From: Octopus sinensis
Lineage: Eukaryota
Length of the DNA: 37,156 nt
Assembly: GCF_006345805.1 (NCBI RefSeq)
Contig: NW_021836828.1
Span: forward strand, 1 to 37,156
Direction of reading: 5' to 3'
Shown here: positions 1 to 10,012 of the stretch, in pieces
Layout of the letters: every line of letters begins with the position of its first letter
Position numbering within the stretch: the stretch's first letter is position 1
The notes under the pieces: model-generated
What the model saw: the letters and a program-made list of their open reading frames with translations, nothing else
Told to the model about the DNA's origin: nothing
The model's database searches: none
Translations under genes and position numbers: made by a program

Positions 1-530
1 ATGGAAAAGGAGAGAAGATAGATGAGAGCTGTCAAGGTATACCTTCATATTACATGAAGGTGAATGCAAGAGAAATGGTCCGGAGAATTGGACTGGGTGA
101 ACGAGTAGGTAAGTTTGGAAGGGTGTGAAAGGGTAGTGATAAATGGATAGAGAAAGGGGGAAAAAAGGCAAATTGTAGTGAATAGAGGTGGCGGTCAATG
201 ATGAATACTAGTTTGGAGGAGGAAAGATAGAGGAAATAGGATTGGGACAGGGAAGTAATGGATGGCAGCACAGATGATGTGGCATGTGGACAGTGTGTAC
301 AAGATACACAGTGCCAAATACAAGGTCAGAGGTACATAGGGATGGAAATAGGAAACATACATGAGTAGTGGGGGAACATCATTGGTAGAATGAGAGAGTG
401 CAAAAGGAAACAATGGTGGTAAAGGGGCATTCAGCAGAAAATAAGACAGTAAGGAATGACACTGAGAATGAAAGAAACAAAGAAATTGATACCAGGGAGG
501 GTGAATGGGAGCACAAAATGGTGATGAAAT
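1..530. repeat. purine-rich (GA-rich) low-complexity tract
   Basis: Plus strand dominated by A/G runs; the minus-strand ORFs 50..271 and 195..626 are F/L/S/P-rich artefacts of this bias. Confidence 0.7.
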
Positions 531-869
531 ATTTTCGGTTCTGTACTCATAGAATTTCAGTAGCTGAGTGAATAGTGCAACTCTTAAGAATAACTGATGT
601 GTTCCACTGAAAAAAAAGGTTACCAAAGATTTTATCTTTGAAAATGAAACATTTAGAAAATGTACTCAGTGACTTGTAAGAGATTTTCCTGTTAAACAAC
701 TAATCCAACATTAGATTCTATGTATTGAGTACATTTTCATTGCTTGTGCCTGACTTCAGTATACATAACAAGAATTCTTAATTATTCAGTAATGTGTCTG
801 TGTGTGCATATGTGAGTGCATGCATACCTGTGTGTGTATACATCTGCATATGTGTGAGCATATTGGACT

Positions 870-1370
870 ACGACCTCAGGGTGTTGGACCTCGGAGGTGA
901 GGAGTGAATGCAATAAATGGTGAGATGCTGTCAGAAAGGACCTGTCCAAACCATGGAAACAAGCAAACATGACAATGATGATTATGAGGATGGGGATGAA
1001 GATGATGACAATAACTGTAAGTTTTCTTAACTGCCTCTTCAATGATTTCTTGTCCTGCAAGATATTTAATGACCCTGCCAGTGTTAGTGCCACTTAAAAA
1101 GCATCCAGTTCACATTTTAAAGTGGTTGGCATTTGGAAGAGCATCCAGCTGGAAAAACCATACAAAAACTGACCTTACCTGTGTTGTAAAAAACATTCAG
1201 TCCACTCTGCTGAATGGTTGGTGTTAGGAAGGGCATCCAGCCATGAAAAATTATGCTAAAGCAGACACAAAAGTATGGTGAAGTCTTCTGCCAGACTGGC
1301 TCCTGTCAAACCATCTAACCCATGCCAGCATGGAAGGCAGATGTCAAATAATGATGAGGATGATGAATAA
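870..1370 (+). mobile_element. fragments of a short retroposon family ending in (GAT)n (family C here)
   Basis: Repeated module 'ggttggtgttaggaagggcatccagc...cccatgccagcatggaa...aatgatgaggatgatg'. The reverse complement recurs at 3125-3350, 5040-5200, 35810-35930 and 36598-36780. Confidence 0.65.
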
Positions 1371-1422
1371 CATGCATTAACTAAATAAAGGACTTCTTAC
1401 GAGGAATAAAATGAAACAGCTA

Positions 1423-1636
1423 TTACCTCTTTTGATACTCTCCCACATGAGACCACCCTGGTTCCATGAGACAAACTTCCTGTTTTAAAGTGATTCAAAC
1501 TTAAAACCTTCCATCAAAATTCCAAACAACAACTTGATAATTATAAAGATATTTTACTAAATTCTTCATTATTTTCAAAATTAATTGAAACAAAGGCATT
1601 ATTATCTCTACAGAAATATTCTAACAAAACAGCTAA
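1423..1636 (+). mobile_element. degenerate piggyBac-like MITE
   Basis: Internal similarity ('ttttactaaattcttcatt...aattgaaacaaaggca') to the TTAA-flanked element at 35307-35527; termini decayed. Confidence 0.5.
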
Positions 1637-1732
1637 AAGGAGCTTCACAGTTACTTCATAGTTTCACCAGAATTGTCTTCCCAATTACATGTAAGATGCC
1701 ACCATTATCTTAACAAATGGAAAATGTTTTAA

Positions 1733-1942
1733 CCCTTTTGTTACCAACCTGACCGAAACCTGCTCTGGCTCTGAGTTCAAATGTCTTATTTTCATAAGTT
1801 TTGAATTAAAATCTTCCACCAAACCTTAGTCACAATTCATGTTCCTAACACTAGCTGAATGATAACTAAGTTATTTTGCTAAATTCTTTGTTATCTTTAA
1901 AGTAATTGAAAGAAACACAGAGCATCTCAAAATAAATAAAGG
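1733..1942 (+). mobile_element. piggyBac-like MITE (family P1)
   Basis: TTAA (1729-1732) followed by CCCTTTTG terminus; colinear with the complete copy at 35307-35527; right terminus partly deleted (AAAGG then TTAG). Confidence 0.75.
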
Positions 1943-2776
1943 TTAGAATTCAGAATTTGCATTCAACACTTAAAACCAATTCTGCCATACAAATAAATTT
2001 ATCATAATTTTATTCTGGTTCTGATGTACCATTTCCGGTTTCCAAAGTAACAAATTCTATCCAATGTTTGCATTTCATTTATCAGCAGAGACAACAGTCT
2101 GGAGTGTTTTGATATACATGTATTTTTAACTGTTTACGCAGGCGTTATGCAATTTTAGTTTTAGCTTTGTTTTTCCCTTTGGTTTTATTTTCCATCTTTA
2201 TCATTATTAAACCTAAAGATTTCTTTGTTTAACATCTCCCCCCACCCCACACAATAAAATCTGAATACAATGGTACTATTGTTGCTTAAGAACTAAAAAT
2301 ACTTCTTTTTGTAAAGCACAAAATATAGAGGGACCAAATGGCAGTAGAGTTCTGTCATATATATATAATATAGTAAAGTTCTTTGTAAATGAAATATGGA
2401 ACAATTGTATCATATATGAATTATGCTACAGATCATCACCATCATCATCACTATCACCCTTGCCATCATCATCATCTTCATCATCATTATTAAATTGAAT
2501 TTACTTTCTGTCTTCTACAATGTCAAGTTATAATTAGGTATATATTTCTGTCGTTCCTGAAAATCAATGGAAATTGGGCAATGCTACAAGAAAGATATTA
2601 CATTTTTTGTTTTTGTTTTGCTCTTCTTAATTTTAAACACACAAATTAGAGATGGGTCACAAACTGGAAATATATACAGCAATCAACTAAATGAGTCTGT
2701 TCATTGGTTAATTCTTGCTGGAACTGACTTAATTATGCTTTCATTCAGATTCAATGAATAGTGGCCATAAATAGCA

Positions 2777-2893
2777 GTCAAATATTGGTATCAGTTCAAT
2801 GGGCAATACTACCAACACCTGGTTAAGAATTACTGACAGGTCAATTGACAATAGCTCCAACCATTGGTCAGGTATTGGTAACAGTTCAGCAGC
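2777..2893. repeat. degenerate 45-bp tandem repeat, ~2.6 units
   Basis: Units start at 2777, 2822 and 2867; unit1 vs unit2 29/45 identical, unit1 vs unit3 19/22 over the first 22 bp (hand count). Confidence 0.55.
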
Positions 2894-2900
2894 TTAACCC

Positions 2901-3051
2901 TGTGACTAAGGTTTGGTGGAAGATTTTAATTCAAAACTTATGAAAATAAGACAGTTGAACTCAGAGCCAGAGCAGGTTTCGGCCAGGTTGGTAACAAAAG
3001 GGTTAAAACATTTTCCATTTGTTAAGATAATGGTGGCATCTTACATGTAAT
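2901..3051 (-). repeat. 151-bp inverted copy of 1684-1834
   Basis: Reverse complement matches 1684-1834 with 2 mismatches; includes the MITE left end, its TTAA and 45 bp of external flank. Confidence 0.9.
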
Positions 3052-3124
3052 GATCACTGTGTAATTATATATATATATATATACATTTGTGACCAAAACT
3101 CTAAATTTTGGATCAATCTAGAAT

Positions 3125-3350
3125 CATTATCATCATCATCAACATTTAAAATCTGTTTTCCATGCTGGCATGGGTTGGACAGCTTCACTGGGACTGGCAA
3201 GGCTAGGGTCCACACCAAGTCCCATAGTCTGTTTTTTTGGTTTGCTTTCTGCAGATGGATACCCTTCCTAACACCAACCACTCCACAGAGTATACTGGGT
3301 GTGTGTGTATGTGGCATCATCACCAATACTTTTTACGTGGTACCAGCACC
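3125..3350 (-). mobile_element. family C short retroposon
   Basis: (CAT)n then 'ttccatgctggcatgggttggacag...ggatacccttcctaacaccaacc', the reverse complement of the 870-1370 module. Confidence 0.65.
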
Positions 3351-3721
3351 CACACCTTGGTTTTAGGATCTCATTTCTGTTGTGATGGGCAGGTCTTCTT
3401 GAGCACAGCAATTCACTACATATCTCAGTTCTCAGCCATCTCCTTCATAAGGTTCAGCATTCTAATTGTGAAAATCTTATATAAGTTCTAATTTTAGTAT
3501 ATTCTAATAAAAATATTGCTTTTATTGTTTATTTTAGACATTGTCTCTGTCCTAAAGCCACAACTCTCATTCATTGCAATCACATCCTCTTCCTTTTTTC
3601 TGTCTCAATCTTTACTCTTAGATTTACTTCTGTATCACTTTTGTCTAACTTACACTTTGCTTTGACGGCAATAATCTTATAACAGTTATAATTTTAAAGA
3701 AACAAAGGAAATATTGTATAA

Positions 3722-3917
3722 GTGCAGGCATGGCTGTGAGGATAGACACAGATGTAGCTGTGTGGATAGACACAGACATGGCTATGTGGTAAGAAGCTTC
3801 CTTCTCAACCACATGGTTCTAGGTTCAGTCCTGTCCTGTAGCACCTTCAGCAGGTGTCTTCTACAATAGCTTTGGGTTAACTAAATGCTTGTGAGTGGAT
3901 TTGGTAGACAGAAACTG
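3722..3917 (+). mobile_element. tRNA-derived SINE family B with triplicated 24-bp head
   Basis: A-box-like 'tggctatgtggtaag', B-box-like 'ggttcagtcc', body 'gtgagtggatttggtagacagaaactg'; the head unit is repeated three times over 3722-3793. Confidence 0.8.
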
Positions 3918-3944
3918 TCTACCAAATTTCATTTATCATATATA

Positions 3945-4108
3945 TATGACGGGCTTCTTTCAGTTTCCATCTACCAAATCCATACACAAAGCTTTCTTCA
4001 GCCTGAGGCTATAGTAAAAAATACTGGCCCAAGGTGCCATGCAGTAGGACTGAACCTGGAATGATGTAGTTGGGAAGCAAACTTCTTACTACACAGCCAC
4101 ATCTGTGC
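3945..4108 (-). mobile_element. SINE family B, inverted relative to 3722-3917
   Basis: Reverse complement of the family B head and body ('ttctttcagtttccatctaccaaatcc...cccaaggtgccatgcagtaggactgaacc'). Confidence 0.8.
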
Positions 4109-4372
4109 TTATATATTATACTCATCACCGTTGTCATCATCATGATTTAATGTCCACTTCTCTGTCCTTGTTTGTGTCAGATTGTATTTATTAAGGCAGA
4201 TTTTCTACAACCGGGTGCCCTTCCTGTCACCAACTCTCAGTTGTTTCCAAGCTGGACATATTTTCATGGAAGATTGGAAATGAGAGACACCATTTATATG
4301 GCACTCATTTTACAACTATAGTGTGATGTCAAGACGAGGAGACACTAACGTAGACACACACACACACCAACA

Positions 4373-4490
4373 CTCACAAGACTTTGGTCAGCCCAGGACT
4401 ATAATAGTTGAAACTTACCTAAGGTGCCACACATTGGGATTGAGCCTGAAACCACATGACTAAGAAATAAACTTCTTAACCACACATCCT
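4373..4490 (-). mobile_element. SINE family B fragment
   Basis: 'actcacaagactttggtcagcccagg...aaggtgccacacattgggattgagcctgaaaccacatg'. Confidence 0.65.
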
Positions 4491-5673
4491 GAGTAGCTAA
4501 GATTTTAATGCAGACAATATCAAACAATAAAGAGTTGTGTTGGCTGCTACTCTTTCATCTCAAATTGGTGTTTACATAACACACACACACACATATACAT
4601 TACTTGTAGAAGGGGAAGCCATATTTTGCAAGTATTTGCAATAATAACTATATAGAATATATTAATTTTTATGCCAAAAGTCACAAAATTTTCCAGACAG
4701 ACAAAAACCATAATTATATCACCAATATTAAAAACGAGATATCGAATTCATGGCAAAATAGGTAACCATTGACATAGACTCGACATAGTTTTGCATCTGT
4801 GGTAATGACAGCTTTTGAATGATGACTTCACCAAGAATATAAATCAATATCTTTATATAAATAAAGCTTATTGCAATAGTGGGAGCACTGTACAATTGAT
4901 TAGTGCTTCTACTAGGCTGTTCTTTTTTTTTTTTGCATAATGCAGTACATCCTCCTCATTGCCCATCATCGTTATCCTCATCATCATCGTTATCATCTTC
5001 ATTATCCTCCTCCTCATCATTATCATTGCCATTATTATCATTACCATTTAATGTACATCCATGCAGGCATGGGCGTGGGTTGAATGATGTAACACAAATC
5101 TAATGGATCAAGCTCCAGTGTCTGCTTTGGCATGGTTTCCACAGTTGGATACCTACCTTCCCAATACCAACACCAACACCACCACTAATGAGATCACCAT
5201 GCAGCTTGCAAGACTAAGATACCCCTTTGACTGAGTGGAGCTAGAGTAGAGAGGGAAGTAGCTTTATGTTATGAGATGAGAGAAGGAACCAGAAAAGAAT
5301 AGGTTTCTTGCTGCAGAAGAACTACATGACCACTCTCATTATAGAAGAGTACGTGGACTTGAAAATTTTAATACTTTTTCTATGACATAGAGGTCATGGG
5401 ATTCAACCAGCATATAATCTCTAGAACGATTATGGTTTCCAATCAGGACACATTTTGGGCTAGAGTTTAGTCTACTGAATTGGCCCCCAAAACTTAATAC
5501 AGAAAACAAAATATTTTTTGAAAAATTTCAGTATTTGTTAAAACATGGAAGAAAAATCCCACCAGGTCATCTTTACTTTCCATCTATCTAGGGTCAATAA
5601 AATAAAATACCAGTTGAGTACTGAGGCTGTTATACATAAAAAATGCTGGCCTTGTGCCAAAATTAGAAAAAAT

Positions 5674-5897
5674 GCTGTGAGCTGGTAGAATCTTTAAAGC
5701 ATAGGACAAAATGCGTAATGGCATGTGTTCTCACTCATTACATTATGAGTTCAAATTCCATCAGAATCAACTTTGACTTCCAGCCATTCAAAGTCAATAA
5801 AATAAAGTAGTATTCAATATAACTGACTAGCCCCACCCTCTCCCAAAATTTCAGGCCTTGTGCCTATAGAACCAAGGATTATTATCATTATTATTAT
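5674..5897 (+). mobile_element. tRNA-derived SINE family A, (ATT)n-tailed subtype
   Basis: Head 'gagctggtagaa', B-box 'gagttcaaattcc', tail 'ggccttgtgcctatagaaccaaggattattat'. Confidence 0.75.
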
Positions 5898-6362
5898 TGA
5901 GTGAGAGAGCAGTACATGCCATCAAAGTGACACTGGGGTACAAATATATGAAACCCAATATACCCATCATGACTATCCATATGATAAGGGTACACCAGGC
6001 ATATGCATTGCAACCATATGTACATGACACAATGATCTCATATGAAGATAGACAGTGCATGGCCTTGCAGGCAGGGCCCAGTTAGAGTTTTCTTCATGTC
6101 AAGTAGCCCAGCCCACCCAAAGGTTCCCTGAATAAGGTTTGTTTAAGGGTGATGTACAAACACCCATATTTCCTGATGTGAATTAGTCAAACCCCAAAGA
6201 ATTCCTCTCAACACATAGCTATGAATCTTCCCCACTACTTCTACTCATGATCAGAGATGCACATATCATCAGCCACTAAGGGACATACCTAATAAGTTAA
6301 GGTCAAGCAACTGACAAGTAAAACTGCGGTATTGAGCAGAATATTTGTTATAGCCAACCTTT
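5898..6362 (-). mobile_element. (TAA)n-anchored ~470-bp non-coding repeat, copy 1
   Basis: Colinear with 6896-7362; both abut an (ATT)n tract at the same 'tgagtgaga' end. Strand inferred from the microsatellite tail. Confidence 0.7.
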
Positions 6363-6384
6363 TTGGTGTTGTCATTTTCACCAT

Positions 6385-6871
6385 CTTGAAGTGTTTTACA
6401 TAAGATGTGTGCAGTGCCTAGCAGTGGTATTTTCTGTATATTCTTAAGTCCAGGTGTTTTGGTTATGTATTTGTTTGTATGCTTTTTAATCATACCTAAT
6501 GCACCTATTATTATAGGGATTGTTTCTGTTTTTAGGCTCCACATTCAGGTTATCTCTATTTCTAGATCTTTGTATTTCAAAATTTTCTCTATTTCTTTCA
6601 GAGACACATTGTCATCTGCTGGGATTGAAATGTTGATTAGAAGGCACTGTTTTCTTAGTGATCTTTGACAACTATGTCTGGTCTATTAGTCTTGATCTCT
6701 TTATCTGTGTGTATTGGCATATCCCAGAGTATGGTTGCTTTATCATTTTCTGTGACCTTTTCTGGGATATGCCATTACCATCTTTTCTTTGTTGTCATTC
6801 CGTAGTACTGATACAGCTTCCGGTGTATGTAGATCCTAACTCTGTCATGTCAGTGGATATATTCCTTCTTA
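6385..6871 (-). pseudogene. 3' fragment of an R4/Dong-like non-LTR retrotransposon ORF (restriction-like endonuclease domain)
   Basis: Manual translation KKEYIH*HDRV...TILWDMPIHTDKEIKTNRPDIVVKD..CLLINISIP....KEIEKILKYKDLEIEIT*MWSLKTETIPIIIGALG shows the RHD, RPD..D and K..KY..L motifs of REL endonucleases. It has several stops and one frameshift. Confidence 0.85.
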
Positions 6872-6895
6872 GATTATTATTATTATTATTCTTAC

Positions 6896-7362
6896 TGAGT
6901 GAGATAGCAGCGCATGTCCAATATACTCAATATGACTACCCATCTGATAAGGGTACACGTATGTGACATAGTGATCTATGCTAAACAGTACATGACCTTG
7001 CAAGTAGAGCCCTATTAGAATTTTCTTCTGGTCAAGTAGCCCATCCACTCAAAAGGTCCCTAAGTAAGGGTTGTTTGAGGATATTGAATGAACCACCCAT
7101 GTTTCCAAAGGTGAATTATTCAAACCTCAAAGAATCCCTCTCAACACATGGCTATGATACTTCCCTACTACTTCTGTTCGTGATCAGAGATGCACACATC
7201 GTCAGCCACTAGGGGACATGGTCAACTGGTTAAGGTCAAACAACTGACAAGCAAACCTGTGGTATTGAGCTGAATATTTGCTGTAGCCCATCTTTTATAC
7301 CAAGACAAAACAATGAACATGATAAAACTTCCAATGAGTTAAGATCATGAGAGCCACTGCCT
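6896..7362 (-). mobile_element. (TAA)n-anchored ~470-bp non-coding repeat, copy 2
   Basis: Direct diverged copy of 5898-6362, preceded by (ATT)n at 6873-6890. Confidence 0.7.
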
Positions 7363-7363
7363 T

Positions 7364-7588
7364 CTGGCAGAACTGTTATTATGTCAGGTGAAATGCTTAG
7401 CGGCATTTCGTCCCTCTTCACATTCTAAGTTCAAATTCCACTGAGGTCGACTTTGCCTTTCATCCTTTTGAGATCGATAAAATAAGTACCAGTTGAGTAC
7501 TGGGGGGGGGGGGGGTCGATGTAATTGACTTATCCCCTCTCCAGAAATTTCAGACCTTGTACCAATAGCAGAAAGGATTATTATTACT
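7364..7588 (+). mobile_element. SINE family A, (ATT)n-tailed subtype
   Basis: 'ctggcagaa...gaaatgcttagcggcatttcgtc...gttcaaattccactgaggtcgactttgcctttcatcc...gaaaggattattatt'. Confidence 0.8.
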
Positions 7589-8154
7589 AGTTGAACACTG
7601 AGGCCGATGTAATTGGCTCATACCCTCCTACCAAAATTGCTGCCGTTGTGGCAAAATTTGAAATTATTATTATTATTATTATCAAAGTGACTTATCAAAA
7701 ACAGGTTGTAATTGATGTTGATAATGTTGTTAATATGCTTTCTATTCTATTTTATATAGATTTTGTTTTGTCACAGTTGTAATTATTTTATGCATAAACA
7801 ATATTTTTATTAATAATTATTGTACAAAACAAGAGAAAGAGAGCAAATAATATTAATCCATAAATATTATCATGGTTATTATTATTGTTATTATTATTAT
7901 TATTAATATTAATATTATTGTAATTTAAACAAATATATAAAAATAAACGTTGTTTACAGTTGAGGAAACTAAATTAATTTCCGGAAAACGACAAGAATTT
8001 AAATAAAAATAAATAGTATGTACAAAACAGAACAAACTAAAATAATTTCCAAGTTCCTCTTATTATGGAATCTGGAACCATTTGCAAGGGTGTATCACCA
8101 TTCAAAGGAGCATGAACTAACTCACTCTGTAGACAAGCCCTTGCCCTGTCTGTC

Positions 8155-8190
<36 letters not shown>

Positions 8191-8439
8191 CTCTCTCCCT
8201 CTCTTCCCCATTCATCGATTAGGAGGTGGAGTATTTTCTAAACGGAAATAGAGGGAAGCTGAGAACGAGAAGGAGTATATTATTAATGTATAGAAATGTG
8301 TGTGAGTGTGTGTCTGAGCACACCATGCATGTTGCATGTCCCTGCATGAGCCAGCAATATTTGTACCTTCAGAGAGTGACTCATGGCATGACAGCATTCA
8401 GATGCCAGGGTGGGTAGGAGCGCATTGGAGGAAAACAAG

Positions 8440-8815
8440 CAGCAGTAGTGGCAGCCGCTGGCTGAGGTAGTAGTGATGGAGTGATGATAGTGGCGGTCAC
8501 GGTGGTGATGATGGTGGTGGTGGTGGTGGTGGTGATCATGATCGTGGTTGTAGTGACAATGGCTGTACTGGTGATGGTAATGTTATTGTTGTTGCTGTTG
8601 TAGTGGTGGTGGTTGTCTTGGAGATTGTTGTTTGGATGGAAGTAGTAGTGGTAGTAGATATTGACAGTTTTGACAGTAGTGGTTAGTTGTTGATTGTATG
8701 GATGGTAGTAGCTGATTAAAGTAGCAACAGTGATAGTAATACTAGTAGTAATAACAGTAGAGGTGGTGGTGGTTGTGTTGAATTTTACAGGGTGTTGTTG
8801 TTTTTGTTGTTGTCG
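8440..8815. repeat. compound degenerate trinucleotide tract (GGT/GTA/GTT)n
   Basis: Runs of ggt, gat, gta and gtt triplets with no long ORF in the track. Confidence 0.75.
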
Positions 8816-8885
8816 CTTAACCCCAAGTCAGTCCTGACTGGACAGACCAATGATCAAAGACATTCCTACCATGACTATCCATTCT

Positions 8886-9288
8886 TATTTCTTTACTGCC
8901 CACAAGGGACTACACAGTGAGGGGACAAACACGGGCAGACAAATGGATTAAGTCGATTATATCGACCTCAGTGCGTAACTGGTACTTATTTAATTGACCG
9001 TGAAATGATGAAAGGCAAAGTCGACCTCAGCGGAATTTGAACTCAGAACATAGCGGCAGACGAAATACCTATTTCTTTACTACCCACAAGGGGCTAAACA
9101 CAGAGAGCACAAACGGATTAAGTCGATCATATCGACCCCAGTGCGTAACTGGTACTTAATTTATCGACCCCAAAAGGATGATAGGCAAAGTGGACCTCGG
9201 CGGAATTTGAACTCAGAACGTAGCGGCAGACGAAATACCGCTAAGCATTTCACCCAGTGTGCTAACGTTTCTACCAGCTTGCTACCTT
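8886..9288 (-). mobile_element. dimeric SINE family A with 20-bp TSD
   Basis: Full copy 9288-9070 followed by a headless copy 9069-8886; flanked by ctaccatgactatcc(a/g)ttct at 8866-8885 and 9297-9316; inserted in an older (CAA)n-tailed repeat spanning ~8800-9425. Confidence 0.85.
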
Positions 9289-9599
9289 GACTATCGCTAC
9301 CATGACTATCCGTTCTGTCCATTTACAGGTATATAGGATTACATTACCTAATGCAGTCTTTCTTTATTCAAGATGATAATAGTAGGATATGAGGGAAATT
9401 TGCCTTCTATTTCTAGCAGGTCTTATGTAAATATTGATGTTGTTTGAGGGTGGTTGTGTATATTCGTCCAAGTAGAAAAGCCAGTATTTTATTATTGGGA
9501 CTTATACAATGCTTGTTAAAGTATTGGCACTGTTGCAATAACAATTGTACTTTTTCTTGCAGACAGCTTATCTAGGATTACATAAACTAATGCTCTTAC

Positions 9600-9830
9600 A
9601 TCCATTTTCTCTGCCTACCATTCATAGGGATAGAGTCATAGGGATAGAGTCTTCAAGCACCTCCTCCATAGAATCCTATAAGAATCAAATGCCATCACAC
9701 TTTCTTGCTGGATGCCCAGGAGTGATCATCTGTGACTATAGATATTATTGAATCATCTGGTTCTTGGTCTACTCTTAGGTTTCCTGTAAGCAGTTGGTGC
9801 TTCTTGAAGAATCCATTTTGTGAATCTTTT
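9600..9830 (-). pseudogene. 3' end of an RTE-clade LINE, decayed
   Basis: Minus-strand translation KWILQEAPTAYRKPKSRPRTR*FNNIYSHR*SLLGIQQESVMAFDSYRILWRRCL resembles the RTE C-terminal 'G.R.RGRPR.RW.D....DR..WR' motif. Confidence 0.65.
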
Positions 9831-9861
9831 CTGTAATACTAAAAGAATTTGTAGTACTTAT

Positions 9862-10012
9862 AGGCATTGGAGTGGCTGTGTGGTAAGTAGCTTGCTTACG
9901 AACCACATGGTTCTGGGTTCAGTCCCACTGCGTGGCACCTTGGGCAAGTCTCTTCTAGTATCGCCTCGGGCCAACCAAAGCCTTGTGAGTGGATTTGGTA
10001 GGCGGAAACTGA
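9862..10012 (+). mobile_element. SINE family B
   Basis: 'ggagtggctgtgtggtaagtagcttgc...ggttcagtcccactgcgtggcaccttgggcaagt'. Confidence 0.85.

Noticed and set aside
195-626. 143-aa minus-strand ORF
   Set aside because: Antisense of purine-rich low-complexity DNA; non-ATG start and no domain pattern.
4730-4850. Short minus-strand open frame (IYILGEVIIQKLSLPQMQNYVESMSMVTYFAMNSISRF*) as a terminal exon
   Set aside because: No recognisable protein family and no clear polypyrimidine acceptor; cannot be supported without transcript data.
8440-8790. Thr/His-rich mucin-like exon on the minus strand
   Set aside because: The Thr-rich frame is closed by stops and shifts register; typical compound trinucleotide tract.
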